Assembly: GCA_029261815.1 (NCBI GenBank)
Contig: JAJDAQ010000069.1
Location: 12,340-76,339, forward strand
Length of the DNA: 64,000 nt
Direction: 5' to 3'
Source of the DNA: Deltaproteobacteria bacterium
Lineage (GTDB): Bacteria > Myxococcota_A > UBA9160 > UBA6930
Both the position numbers and the translations under genes were made by a program. The notes beneath the pieces are model-generated. The model was not told the origin of the DNA and ran no database searches. It saw only the letters and a list, made by a program, of their open reading frames with translations. Below, piece after piece: positions 9,414 to 19,085 of this stretch (the first letter of the stretch is position 1; the number at the start of each line of letters is the position of its first letter).

Positions 9414-10496
9414 CTACAACCACTGCGCCTTGTCTTCGACGTTGGCGGCCACGATCTCCAGGCATTCTTCCGCGGTCCCCCAGGCGAGCGCCCGGTCCTT
9501 GCCGCGAATCGTGAAGAAGTAGAGATCGTTCTCCTCGATATAGCCTTGCCCACCATGAAGCTGGTGGCCGGTCATGACGACATCCGGGACGGCGCGCGAA
9601 AGCGAGGCCTTCGTCACCGCGATCTGCTCATCCGTGGCGACGTCGCGCTCAAGGCAATCAAGCGCTTCGTAGACGAGGAAGCGACTGGACTCGGCATGCA
9701 TTCCCATATCGGCGGCGTGATGCTGCACGGCCTGGAAGGTGGAGAGGGGGCGTCCGAACTGCTCGCGAACATTCGTGTACGCCACTGTCTGCTCGAGCGA
9801 GGCATCCATGCACGCCAGGAGCTGGACACAGGTCAGGGCGCGGCCGATTTGCACGAGCGCTGCTGCCGCATCTCTCTCTCCCACACGGATCGAAGCTGCG
9901 CCGTCATAACGGACAACACTCTGCGGCGTGCGACCTAGCGTCGGAATCGGCTCGCACTTGACGGCGGGGTCGCGCGCGTCAACGAGGTAGAGACCCGGTC
10001 CCTCCGCGCCCACCGCAGAGACCAGGTGATGGGTCGCGACGGCGGCGTAGTCGACGAAGCGCTTCTCGCCGCGAAGGGCACCATCGGCGCTCGCGGCGAG
10101 TTCGAAGGAATCGAACGAATCGTTGGCTTCGAGTACGGCAGGTACGACGATGGCGGAGCCGTTCAGGATGTCGCCCACCACCTCGCTCGATCCGGGGCAG
10201 TGGCGCTGCAACGTGATGGCCGCGGTGAGCACCTCCACGATCGGGACGACGGCGGCGCGGCGCGAGACTTCTTCGATCAGGATGCCGGCCTCGACGAAAC
10301 CGCCGTCGCCACCACCGATGGTGGACGGAAACGGCAGCCCCAGGTATCCGTGCTCCACGAGCTGGGCCCACAGTTTGTCGTCGCTGCGCTTCTCGATCTC
10401 GCACTCGCGCACCTGCGAGAACGGCACTTCGGCCTCGAGAAAGCCGCGCAGGGTGTCGCGGAGGAGTTCCTGGGTTTCGGTGTAGTCGAGATCCAT
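9414..10496 (-). CDS. acyl-CoA dehydrogenase family protein (short, 360 aa)
   Basis: The N-terminus MDLDYTETQELLRDTLRGFLEAEVPF and C-terminus HQLHGGQGYIEENDLYFF are typical ACAD helical-domain motifs. Confidence 0.85.
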   Translation of the reverse strand: MDLDYTETQELLRDTLRGFLEAEVPFSQVRECEIEKRSDDKLWAQLVEHGYLGLPFPSTIGGGDGGFVEAGILIEEVSRRAAVVPIVEVLTAAITLQRHCPGSSEVVGDILNGSAIVVPAVLEANDSFDSFELAASADGALRGEKRFVDYAAVATHHLVSAVGAEGPGLYLVDARDPAVKCEPIPTLGRTPQSVVRYDGAASIRVGERDAAAALVQIGRALTCVQLLACMDASLEQTVAYTNVREQFGRPLSTFQAVQHHAADMGMHAESSRFLVYEALDCLERDVATDEQIAVTKASLSRAVPDVVMTGHQLHGGQGYIEENDLYFFTIRGKDRALAWGTAEECLEIVAANVEDKAQWL

Positions 10497-10514
10497 GGGG
10501 CTTCCTTCCGATGA

Positions 10515-11678
10515 CTAACGTGACATGCCGAGATGGCGGGCGGCAATGATGCTGCGCTGTACTTCGTTCGTTCCGCCGCCGAACCGCAGGATGGGCGAAG
10601 AACGCCAGGTGCTCTGCTGGCGGCCGTCGCTCGCTGCGAGATCCCCGGCTTCGTCGGTCAGCGCTCCTGCACGACCCAACAGATCCATCGCCGTGTTGGT
10701 CATGCGGTAGCGGAGTTCGCTGCCCGAGATCTTGGCCATGGAGGCTTGTCCCGGCGAGACATCATCTTGGGCGATCGTGATCGCGTTGCGGATTGCGAGC
10801 GCTCGGTGCCGCTGCAACTGCATCTTCATCTCGGCCAGGCGGTTGCGCACGACCGGATCCTTCAGCTTCTCGGGCGCCTTGTTCTTCAGGTGGTCGACGA
10901 GCAGGTCGTAGTTGCGCGCCAGGTTTCCGGTCGGAGAAAGGCCCACACGCTCGTGATTGAGCGCGTGCATGATGATGTTCCAGCCGCCGTTGAGCGGACC
11001 GATCAGGTTCTCGTCGGGAATGAAGACGTTGTCGTAGAACGTCTCGTAGGTGACGAAACCGGAGAGTGTCGGAAGCGGCCGGATCGTGATCCCCTCGGTC
11101 TTGGTCTCCACGATCATCAACGAGATGCCTGCGTGCTTGGGCCCCTCGGTATCCGTCCGCACGGCGAGCCAGATGTGGGTGGACTGCGCGGCCAGCGACG
11201 TCCAGATCTTCTGGCCCTGGACGATCCAACCGCCGTCGACCTTCTCGGCGCGGGTCCGGAGTGCAGCCAGGTCGGTGCCCGCGTTCGGCTCGCTGTAGCC
11301 GATCGCAAAGGTGTAGTCGCCGTCCCAGATCCCGGGCAGGAAACGCTTCTTCTGTTCGTCGTTCCCGTGCAACGCCAGCGCCGGCGCGACCGACGTGTAC
11401 GTCAGGTTGCCGTACGGCATCTGCCAGTACTCCATCGTCTCGACCATGATGAAGCGGTAGATCGGGTTGCGGCCCTCCCCACCGAGGTCGGGCGGCCAGC
11501 ACATCTTCATCCAGCCCTTTTCCTGGAGGGCCTCGTAGTACCGCGTCAGGATCGGCCCGCCCCCGGCGCCTTCGCGCTCGCGCTGCTCCTTCAGGAGTTC
11601 GGGGGTACGCCACTCGTGGATGAAGGTCTCCACCTCGTCGCGGAAGGTCAGATACTCGGGCTGCCAGCAAAATTCCAT
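10515..11678 (-). CDS. acyl-CoA dehydrogenase family protein
   Basis: Start ATG 11678 (MEFCWQPEYLTFRDEV) with AGGAGA upstream. Motifs GYSEPNAGTDLAAL and FGGGTNEVQRSIIA. Confidence 0.9.
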   Translation of the reverse strand: MEFCWQPEYLTFRDEVETFIHEWRTPELLKEQREREGAGGGPILTRYYEALQEKGWMKMCWPPDLGGEGRNPIYRFIMVETMEYWQMPYGNLTYTSVAPALALHGNDEQKKRFLPGIWDGDYTFAIGYSEPNAGTDLAALRTRAEKVDGGWIVQGQKIWTSLAAQSTHIWLAVRTDTEGPKHAGISLMIVETKTEGITIRPLPTLSGFVTYETFYDNVFIPDENLIGPLNGGWNIIMHALNHERVGLSPTGNLARNYDLLVDHLKNKAPEKLKDPVVRNRLAEMKMQLQRHRALAIRNAITIAQDDVSPGQASMAKISGSELRYRMTNTAMDLLGRAGALTDEAGDLAASDGRQQSTWRSSPILRFGGGTNEVQRSIIAARHLGMSR

Positions 11679-11799
11679 GATCGTCTCCTGGGCGGGCGGA
11701 TCGGCGCGATCGGGCGGAGCGTGCGTCCGCGTGGACCGAAGCCCGAGCATAGCTCGCTGACGATCGTCGGCGACGAGGCAGATCGCCTAGGATGCGGCG

Positions 11800-13077
11800 G
11801 TGAGCCACGCTTCCCCTCCGCCCGAACCTGCCCGGGGCGGTCTCCGGCACGCCCTCCTCACCCTTCAGGTGCCGCATTTCGCGCCGCTGTTCGGATCCAA
11901 CTTCGTCCAGGCCTTCTGTGGCCAGATCATGATGATGGCCATGCAGTGGCTGACGATCACGCAACTGACCGATAGCCGTGCGCTGTATTTCTGGATCCCG
12001 TTCCTGCAGGGCGGCGTGGCCGCACTATTGTCGCCCTTCGCTGGGGCAGTGGCTGACCGCATTTCGAAGCGCTCGCTGCTCATCGCTGGACGTCTGCTTC
12101 TGGTCGTCATCGTTCTTGGCATGGCGACCCTCGTCCAGACCGACCAGGTCCAACTCATTCACGTGTACATCGCGACCACACTCGGGGGCGTGATCTCGGC
12201 GATGATGCTGCCGGCGGGCCAGACCTACGTATTCGACGTCGTGGGCCGCGACAAGGTCGAGTCCGCGATCTCCCTGAACGCGACAGTGAACGGGATCGCC
12301 CAGGTCGCAGGACCGGCCGCCGCCGCCGTCCTGCTCGCATGGGTAGGTGTTGCGGGTTCTTTCTTCATCGGCGCGGCCGGCCTGACCACGGCCGCGGGCC
12401 TTCTGTTGGCGATTCCGATCGCGGGAAAACTCGCGGATCGAGCTCAAGAGACCTCCGTCGGCCAGGACCTGATGGAGGGCCTCCGGTGGGCCCACGGCGA
12501 CGCCCCCGTTCGGCTCGTCCTGATCGCCTGCACGATGGCGATCTTCAATGGCGCCCTGGGACCAATGCGCCCCGTCTTCGCCAACTCGGTGTTAGGCGTC
12601 GGCGAAGCCGGGTTCGGCGCCATGGGTGCGGCTGCGGGCGCGGGTACGATCCTGGCCGCGACCTGGCTCGCGTCACTCGCATCCTTTCGCAAGCCGGGCC
12701 TGTGGATCATCGGGAGCCTCTGGGCCTACGCCTGCTGCATCCTCCTGTATGCGTTGGCATTCTCGTTCGAGTGGATCCTGCTCATCGAGTTCTTCGCCGG
12801 CTTCTCGGGGCAGGTCTGGAATGTCACCGTGGTGGCCGGCATCCAGCTCGCGGTTCCCGAACACATGCGCGGCCGCATGATCGGTCTCGTCTTCATGGTC
12901 GCGCAGCTCGGCTTCATCGGAGCCCCCGCGATCGGCTACCTCGCCGACGCCGTCGGCGATCAACTTGCACTCGGGGTCTTCGGCTTGATCCCCAGTGTCG
13001 TGCTCGCCCTGGTCCTGGCCTTCGGTCACCGCACGCTCGCGCGGATGGGCGGGCGCCCGACTCACACGAAGGGCTGA
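11800..13077 (+). CDS. MFS transporter
   Basis: 425 aa with about 12 hydrophobic segments. AGAVADRISKRSLL resembles the MFS loop 2-3 motif. Confidence 0.8.
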   Translation: MSHASPPPEPARGGLRHALLTLQVPHFAPLFGSNFVQAFCGQIMMMAMQWLTITQLTDSRALYFWIPFLQGGVAALLSPFAGAVADRISKRSLLIAGRLLLVVIVLGMATLVQTDQVQLIHVYIATTLGGVISAMMLPAGQTYVFDVVGRDKVESAISLNATVNGIAQVAGPAAAAVLLAWVGVAGSFFIGAAGLTTAAGLLLAIPIAGKLADRAQETSVGQDLMEGLRWAHGDAPVRLVLIACTMAIFNGALGPMRPVFANSVLGVGEAGFGAMGAAAGAGTILAATWLASLASFRKPGLWIIGSLWAYACCILLYALAFSFEWILLIEFFAGFSGQVWNVTVVAGIQLAVPEHMRGRMIGLVFMVAQLGFIGAPAIGYLADAVGDQLALGVFGLIPSVVLALVLAFGHRTLARMGGRPTHTKG

Positions 13078-14120
13078 ATACGGTCCGCCCATCGACTGCC
13101 GTCGATCACCGACACGAGGTCGTCGGCGAGCACGCGACACTGCTCGGTGACCGCGTTCCAACGCCCGATGCGTTCTTCGGTCGGCAGGGTCTCGAAGTCC
13201 TTGCGATCGGGAACCTTGCCGCCGGGTAACGAACGAACGAAGTCATCGCTGGGCGCGATCATCACGACGCGATCCATCGCTTCGGGCGCCGGCCGTCGCC
13301 ATTTCAAGAGCTTGTCGAACCAACCCGGCGTAATGCGATCGAAGAAGTGCGGGTAGAGGACGAGGCCATCCGGCGCGCCAAACCGGAAGTCGAAGTGATA
13401 GTCGACGATCCCGCCATCGAGCCATGTGCCGGGGGCGCCTGGGATTCCACGTACGCCCTCCATGACGAGTGGGATCGAGCCACTCGCGAGCAGTGCCGGC
13501 GTCAGGTTCTCCGGAGTGAGCGGGACGTTGCGCGTCTCGAAGTCGGGCCAGGCGATCTCGCATTCTTCGGGTCCAAACACGGCGCGCTCGTAGAACGCGC
13601 CGAGCGCGCGCCGGCTGATCGCGTTCGCGATCGCAGATGCGCCAAGGCGCAGCCCGAAACCGGGGCCCGCGTCGGCGTCACCACCGCGGAGCCGCACCGC
13701 GACGAAATGGCTCCGAACATGCTCATTCGCAACGACCTCCGACGCGCCGCGTGCGCCGAGGACATGGTCGAGCACCTTGACGCTTTCGACCGAGACTTCT
13801 GGCTTGGTCGGCCGTCCGTGGTCGTAACGCTGATGGACGTAGGCCTCTTGGAGTCGCTCGAACGCGGCGCGAGGATCGGCCATTGCGTGGCATGCGTGCC
13901 GGAAGCTGCCGATCGACGAACCTAGCGTCACCAGGGGAGACTTCCGCCGCCCGATCAGGCGCTCGCTCAGCACTTCATCGAGGTGCCGCAGGACCAGCCA
14001 CTTCGGGCCCCCGGAGGCGCCAACCAACGTCGAGAATGCGTCCGCCTGGAAGCCTTCATCGCACAACCGACGGCGCGCAGTGGCGCCTGCGCGGATCGTG
14101 AGCGGCTGAGCGGTGGACAT
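13062..14120 (-). CDS. patatin-like phospholipase family protein
   Basis: Oxyanion-type GASGGPKW, GxSxG-type GSSIGS and catalytic-Asp motif LDGGIVDY. Start at ATG 14120 or 14150. Confidence 0.7.
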   Translation of the reverse strand: MSTAQPLTIRAGATARRRLCDEGFQADAFSTLVGASGGPKWLVLRHLDEVLSERLIGRRKSPLVTLGSSIGSFRHACHAMADPRAAFERLQEAYVHQRYDHGRPTKPEVSVESVKVLDHVLGARGASEVVANEHVRSHFVAVRLRGGDADAGPGFGLRLGASAIANAISRRALGAFYERAVFGPEECEIAWPDFETRNVPLTPENLTPALLASGSIPLVMEGVRGIPGAPGTWLDGGIVDYHFDFRFGAPDGLVLYPHFFDRITPGWFDKLLKWRRPAPEAMDRVVMIAPSDDFVRSLPGGKVPDRKDFETLPTEERIGRWNAVTEQCRVLADDLVSVIDGSRWADRIQPFV

Positions 14121-14194
14121 GGCGGGCAGGCTAGCGCCTCCACGGCTCATGTGGCGGGTAGCCGCTAGGCTCTCGCGAACACCCGGAGGCCATC

Positions 14195-14815
14195 ATGTCG
14201 GACCCGCACCGCATCGAGAACGAAGACCAGCTGCGCGAGACGCTCGGCCATGCGAGCCCGGGGATCGAGAACAAGGTCTCCGATGCCCTCGACCCGGTGG
14301 CCGTCGAGTTCATCGAGCGCTCTCCCCTCGTGTTCGTTTCGACCTGCGATGCCGAGGGCCGGATGGATGTGTCTCCGAAAGGGGACACCGCCGGGTTCGT
14401 CGGTATCGAGAACCCCTCGACGCTGCTGGTTCCGGATCGTCCGGGCAACCGGCTGATCTTCGGCCATCTCAATGTGTTGACGAACCCCAAGATCGGATTG
14501 ATCTTCGTGATCCCGAACGTGCGCGAGACGCTTCGCATCAACGGACGCGCCGAACTCACGCGCGATCCCGAAGTCCTGGCGTCCCTCCCGGCTCGTGGAA
14601 AACCAGCCCTTCTCGCGACCCGGGTCTTCGTCGAAGAGAGCTTCCTGCACTGCGGCAAGGCCATGATCCGGTCCGAAGTGTGGAAGCCCGAGACCTGGGG
14701 CGAGAAACTGCACGCACCCATTGCGCGACAGTTCGCCGCGAATACAAACGCGGGTGACGAGGCCGTCGACGCGATCGAGGCCGCGCTCGAGCAGGACTAC
14801 CGCGAAAACATCTAG
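14195..14815 (+). CDS. pyridoxamine 5'-phosphate oxidase-like FMN-binding protein
   Basis: 206 aa. SPLVFVSTCDAEGRMDVSPKGD and RETLRINGRAEL match the PPOX-class split-barrel family. Confidence 0.8.
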   Translation: MSDPHRIENEDQLRETLGHASPGIENKVSDALDPVAVEFIERSPLVFVSTCDAEGRMDVSPKGDTAGFVGIENPSTLLVPDRPGNRLIFGHLNVLTNPKIGLIFVIPNVRETLRINGRAELTRDPEVLASLPARGKPALLATRVFVEESFLHCGKAMIRSEVWKPETWGEKLHAPIARQFAANTNAGDEAVDAIEAALEQDYRENI

Positions 14816-16083
14816 GCGGCGCTACGTGCCCGCGGTTCGAGTTCGAGCCGCACGCGACCGCGAATCAGGACGCTGTCGAGGAATTCGACGCTGTCGGTCG
14901 CGCGCACCAGGCCGGGGAGTTCCGGCACCAGCGCCTCGAGCGCTGCCTTCGCCTCGAGCCGCGCGAGCGAAGCGCCGAGACAGAAGTGCGCGCCGAAGCC
15001 GAATGCGAGATGGCCCGATGTCTTTCGTCTCACGTCGAATCGATCGGGTTCATCCCAGAACCGCTCGTCGCGGTTGGCGGAACCCAGCAGCACGGCCACG
15101 ATCGCATCTCTTGGAATCGTGGTCCCGGCAATCACGACGTCTTCGCGCGCGAATCGCGTGATGAACTGCACGGGTGAGTCGTAACGAAGCGTCTCTTCGA
15201 CGAGCCCCGGGATCAGGCTCGGGTCCTGCACGACCAGATCCAGCTGGTCCGGATTCGCAAGCAATGCTTCGACGCAGTTGCCGAGCAGATTCGTCGTGGT
15301 TTCGTTCCCCGCGATCAAGAGGAGCAGCACGAAGAAGAAGATCTCGAAGTCGGACAGCCGCGCCTCCGCTTCGTCCTGCACCAGGATGCTGATGAGGTCA
15401 TCCTGCGGCGCCGCTCGCCTTGCCTTCACGATGGGGCGTAGGTAGTTCCGTAGCCCAACCATCGCAGTCCATGTCGGCGAACCCGGGCCCGACACCATCT
15501 GCGCCTCGCCGGTACTCCCCTGGATGATGGCGTCGCTCCAGCGCTTGAACGTGGCCTTCTTTTCGGGTTCGACGCCAAGCCATTCGGCAATCACGGTCAC
15601 GGGCAAGGGGATCGCGAGTTCCTGCACCAGATCGAACCGCTCACGCTGACGAATCTTGGTGAGGCACCCCTCGACCAACTCGGCGATTCGTTCGTCCCAC
15701 GAATGCACCCGTCTTGGCGTGAAGCCCTTGTTCACCAGCTTGCGCATCACGCTGTGCTCTTCGCCGTCTTCCATGATCAGCATGCGCGCCTTCACGAGCT
15801 TCGTCGGGAGGATCTTCAGCTCGGCGATGACGCTGATCAGTGAGCGAAGCTTCTGGAAGGTCGAGAGTTCGTCCATCTCCTTCTGGCGCTGCCGGAACTG
15901 GGTCTTCGAACCGAACTGCTCGGGCGCCGTCAGGACGCTCTGCACGTCAGCATGACGGGACACGACCCACATGTCCGACTCCGGCGAGTAGTGGACCGGC
16001 GCATGGTCCCGCAGCTCGCGGTACTTCGGGTATGGATCGTCCCGCCACTCGTAGGAACGCGGGTTGTATCGGACCTCGTGCAT
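14812..16083 (-). CDS. cytochrome P450
   Basis: Haem-thiolate motif FGFGAHFCLGASLA, ETLR (ExxR), and I-helix AGNETT. Start ATG 16083 (MHEVRYNP). Confidence 0.93.
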   Translation of the reverse strand: MHEVRYNPRSYEWRDDPYPKYRELRDHAPVHYSPESDMWVVSRHADVQSVLTAPEQFGSKTQFRQRQKEMDELSTFQKLRSLISVIAELKILPTKLVKARMLIMEDGEEHSVMRKLVNKGFTPRRVHSWDERIAELVEGCLTKIRQRERFDLVQELAIPLPVTVIAEWLGVEPEKKATFKRWSDAIIQGSTGEAQMVSGPGSPTWTAMVGLRNYLRPIVKARRAAPQDDLISILVQDEAEARLSDFEIFFFVLLLLIAGNETTTNLLGNCVEALLANPDQLDLVVQDPSLIPGLVEETLRYDSPVQFITRFAREDVVIAGTTIPRDAIVAVLLGSANRDERFWDEPDRFDVRRKTSGHLAFGFGAHFCLGASLARLEAKAALEALVPELPGLVRATDSVEFLDSVLIRGRVRLELEPRARSAA

Positions 16084-16108
16084 GGGTCGGTTCCTTCCGG
16101 GGCGTGCG

Positions 16109-17071
16109 CTAGCGCAGGACTTCGCTGCGCAAGAACTTCCGAATCGTCGTGGCACTCCAGTTGTCGTGATCCTCGCCCCAGGAAGTCACGTCGCCGTAGG
16201 TCCACTCGGTCAGGCAGTTGAACGTAAAGAGGTTCGGGTTGAGGTGAACGCCCAGGTGATTGACGCATCGCCCGTGGGCTTCGAGCGTTCGGCCCTTCTC
16301 GTCCTCGGCCGTGATCCGCACGCGCTTCGGTACCCCGCCCCTGTCGCGCTCGAGCACTTCGCGCGCGCCCTTCCCGGGAACGAGCGTCGCGTACTCACCG
16401 TCCCGGAGTAGGTAGCCATGAATCGGCACCATTGCGTCGCCGTCGAAAGCCATCGTGATCGCGTGAAATGCGTCGGCCGGCGACTGCGTCGCATAGCTGT
16501 ACCCGCCGTTGCGCGCCCCACTCAGCGTGTTCCCGAACTGGGAGCGCACACCCCAGGAGCGATCGCGAAAGCCGTAGGCATCGACGGCGATCGACTCCCC
16601 GTCGAGGACCATCGTACCGGTGTAACGGCCGGGCTGGTCCAGGTGCCCTCCGCCTAGCAGGTTGGGTGGGCAGATCGCCTCGAACACCAGATCGATGCTG
16701 AGATCCTCCGGGTCGTCTGGGTCCGCGTACTGCACCTGATACCGGGTCAGATCTTCGAGGCACTGGTATCGGATGCCATTCGGCAGAGTCAGGTCGGCGA
16801 GGTCGGCACTCTCTGGAAGCGGGAGGTGCCAGAAGTTCCGCGCATAGCGACAACTGTGGAGATCGCCCGAAGACGGATCCCAGACGAATGCCCCGCCCGA
16901 GGTGACGCCCTGATTCGGCCGGAAGAAGGGATAGAGCTGTGCCGAGAGCTTCCGTTCGGGAACCGCGAACGTGAACCAGGAGGTCTCGGTCCAATACGGG
17001 TCATCGGTTGTCGGGGGATGGAAGTGATCGTGCTCGTGGGACACCGGGCGGCCTCCGTATACCCGCGACAC
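16109..17071 (-). CDS. conserved hypothetical protein (P450-associated)
   Basis: 320-aa ORF with strong GC3 bias. Alternative start GTG 17044 lies 6 nt after GGAGG. I recognise no motif. Confidence 0.6.
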   Translation of the reverse strand: MSRVYGGRPVSHEHDHFHPPTTDDPYWTETSWFTFAVPERKLSAQLYPFFRPNQGVTSGGAFVWDPSSGDLHSCRYARNFWHLPLPESADLADLTLPNGIRYQCLEDLTRYQVQYADPDDPEDLSIDLVFEAICPPNLLGGGHLDQPGRYTGTMVLDGESIAVDAYGFRDRSWGVRSQFGNTLSGARNGGYSYATQSPADAFHAITMAFDGDAMVPIHGYLLRDGEYATLVPGKGAREVLERDRGGVPKRVRITAEDEKGRTLEAHGRCVNHLGVHLNPNLFTFNCLTEWTYGDVTSWGEDHDNWSATTIRKFLRSEVLR

Positions 17072-17102
17072 CGTAGCGCGGCGTCCCCCGGGCCGGGGAC
17101 CC

Positions 17103-17615
17103 TCAGGTCTCGCGATCCAGCTCCCGAAGCAGAGCGTAATAGGCGTCGCTCGTGTCGCGCCGGCCCGTCCGCAGCCCCGCTGGTATCTCCCAGCGCTGCG
17201 CTGGCTCCTCTTGGCTCGCCCATTCTGTCACCGCGGTGCGCGCGGCAATCCGCCAATCGCCCGCTCGCTGCTCGAAGCGATCGAGATAGCGGAAGCCGGT
17301 GATCAGATTCAGATGCGGCGCCGGGTCCTGCGCACGATGGAAGGCAATGCCGTAGCTCTCGCATATCGCGCGGTCACCGCGGACTTCGGCATGGACGTTC
17401 CCGACGAAGTGCATGGTGTGTTCGTACTTGGCGAGGAGTCGAAACACCCATTCGAGAAATTCGTCGACGGTTCCGCTGAAACTCCCGTGGTCATCGGTTC
17501 CGTCGGGGTGGTAGCAGCCGCGCACGAGTTCGCGGTCCATCCGATCGATGCCGCGGCAATAGCGCATCACCACATCGTGGATGGCCTGCTTCGCGATCAA
17601 CGTCTCGACGTCCAT
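17103..17615 (-). CDS. SnoaL-like / NTF2-fold protein
   Basis: Start ATG 17615. MDVETLIAKQAIHDVVMRYCRGIDRMDRELVRGCYHPD is typical of the SnoaL_4 family. Confidence 0.8.
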   Translation of the reverse strand: MDVETLIAKQAIHDVVMRYCRGIDRMDRELVRGCYHPDGTDDHGSFSGTVDEFLEWVFRLLAKYEHTMHFVGNVHAEVRGDRAICESYGIAFHRAQDPAPHLNLITGFRYLDRFEQRAGDWRIAARTAVTEWASQEEPAQRWEIPAGLRTGRRDTSDAYYALLRELDRET

Positions 17616-17622
17616 TGGACTC

Positions 17623-18012
17623 CTAGAGCTGGGAACGCAACAGCAGGCGGTTCCGCGCGTGGACGAGCTGGTCAAGCCAGGCCCGAGGACGGGAATTGGG
17701 CCGACCCGGCAGCCCTTTCCGCACCTGCGCCGCTTCGCTCCGAATCCGTTCCCAATCCACGGGCTGCTCCGCCAGCGCGTGGGTGATCGCTTCCAATCCC
17801 TGCACCATCGACGGCGCCAGGATCGGCTCGAACACGGGCTTGACCCGTGACCAGGCATCGTCGAACAACAAGGCCATCTCGCCCAAAGGATCGAGGTCCT
17901 CGGGATACAGTGAGCGCTGCACCGACTCCTCGGCCGCCAGGATGTCGACGGCCTGACGCAGCAACATCACGTTCCCAAATTCGTCGACGTTTGGCGGTTT
18001 CAAGCAGCGCAT
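17623..18012 (-). CDS. hypothetical protein
   Basis: 129-aa ORF. Its start overlaps the upstream gene's stop by 1 nt (TGATG), which suggests translational coupling. Confidence 0.5.
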   Translation of the reverse strand: MRCLKPPNVDEFGNVMLLRQAVDILAAEESVQRSLYPEDLDPLGEMALLFDDAWSRVKPVFEPILAPSMVQGLEAITHALAEQPVDWERIRSEAAQVRKGLPGRPNSRPRAWLDQLVHARNRLLLRSQL

Positions 18013-18998
18013 CAGTTGTTCTGCGTCATGGCAGTGGACGCCTCCGGTTCGATGTCGGTGTATCGGAACGACTTCTCGACGGGGCCGGCGTAAGGCTGCC
18101 CATCGACTTCGACATGGGGATAGATGAAATAGTTGAGCGCTGGGCCCCGGTGGTCGGGACCGAGTCGCAGGTCGCGCCCCGTCGTGAAGTGGATGCGATC
18201 GGCGGGATGGGTCCCGTAGAAGAGTTCGCGTTTCTCCGGGTGCTTGAACGCCTCGGACGCGTCGATCGGAAACCAGCCTGTCTCCGGAAGATGGAATTCG
18301 ACCCAGCAGTGATAGCCGCCGATGCTCCCGGCGCCGCGATCCTCGGGAACGGGAAAGCCGATCTCGAACCGCGACGGGATCCCCTCGGTACGAGCCAGCG
18401 ATGTGAACATGGCGTGGAAGTCGGTGCAGTTTCCGTAGCGCTCGCTGCAGGCCCAGAACGTGTCGCCGTTTCCCCAGCCCGTTCCGACCTTCTTGTAGGT
18501 CATGTTGTCGACGACCCAGTCATAGATCGCTCGCGCCTTCTCGGGCGTCGCACCCGGCCCTGCCACCGCCCGGATTTCAGCGAGGATCGGTTGGAGAACG
18601 GGATGATCGATCACGACCCGCGCGTTCTCTCGCAGGAACGGTGCAAGGTCGCTCACAACGCCCGACGTCCGCGCGTGGACCACGTCGCGCTCGACGGTGA
18701 CCCGCAGCGCGACATCGATGGGCTGGCCGTCCGCTGGTGCCTCGACGTGATAGAAGCGGTTGCCGTAGACGTCTTCGGTCTCGATGACTCCGGGGACCGA
18801 CCCGCTGATTTCTTCACTCAGGATGCGCTGGCGTTCATCGTTTGCCGGGAGCGGAATGAAGAGGTGGACGGCAGCGCCGTCGACTGCTGCGGGAGCGACG
18901 GAGACCGTGTACTCGAACTCGAACGTGCGTGCGCCGACCGCGCTCGCTGCGAACAGACAACTCAGGAAGACCGCGGCCGAACGACCAGGGAGAGACAT
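18012..18998 (-). CDS. secreted transglutaminase-like cysteine protease-fold protein
   Basis: Signal peptide. Transglutaminase core GNCTDFHAMF ... GGYHCWVEF ... PIDASE (Cys-His-Asp). Confidence 0.85.
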   Translation of the reverse strand: MSLPGRSAAVFLSCLFAASAVGARTFEFEYTVSVAPAAVDGAAVHLFIPLPANDERQRILSEEISGSVPGVIETEDVYGNRFYHVEAPADGQPIDVALRVTVERDVVHARTSGVVSDLAPFLRENARVVIDHPVLQPILAEIRAVAGPGATPEKARAIYDWVVDNMTYKKVGTGWGNGDTFWACSERYGNCTDFHAMFTSLARTEGIPSRFEIGFPVPEDRGAGSIGGYHCWVEFHLPETGWFPIDASEAFKHPEKRELFYGTHPADRIHFTTGRDLRLGPDHRGPALNYFIYPHVEVDGQPYAGPVEKSFRYTDIEPEASTAMTQNN

Positions 18999-19085
18999 TG
19001 AAACAGGACCTCCTGCCCGCGTACGCCGGGCCTCGTCTACGCTGGGTGCCGGTCCATCCGGCAGGGCGCGCTGCGACCGAGGATC

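Noticed and set aside
14812-14815. Convergent gene pairs whose stop codons share the palindrome CTAG (14812..14815, and 37590..37593), and the 2-nt gap between convergent stops at 47366/47369.
   Set aside because: These are real in the sequence but are most simply explained by genome compaction. There is no space for a terminator and no further signal to interpret.
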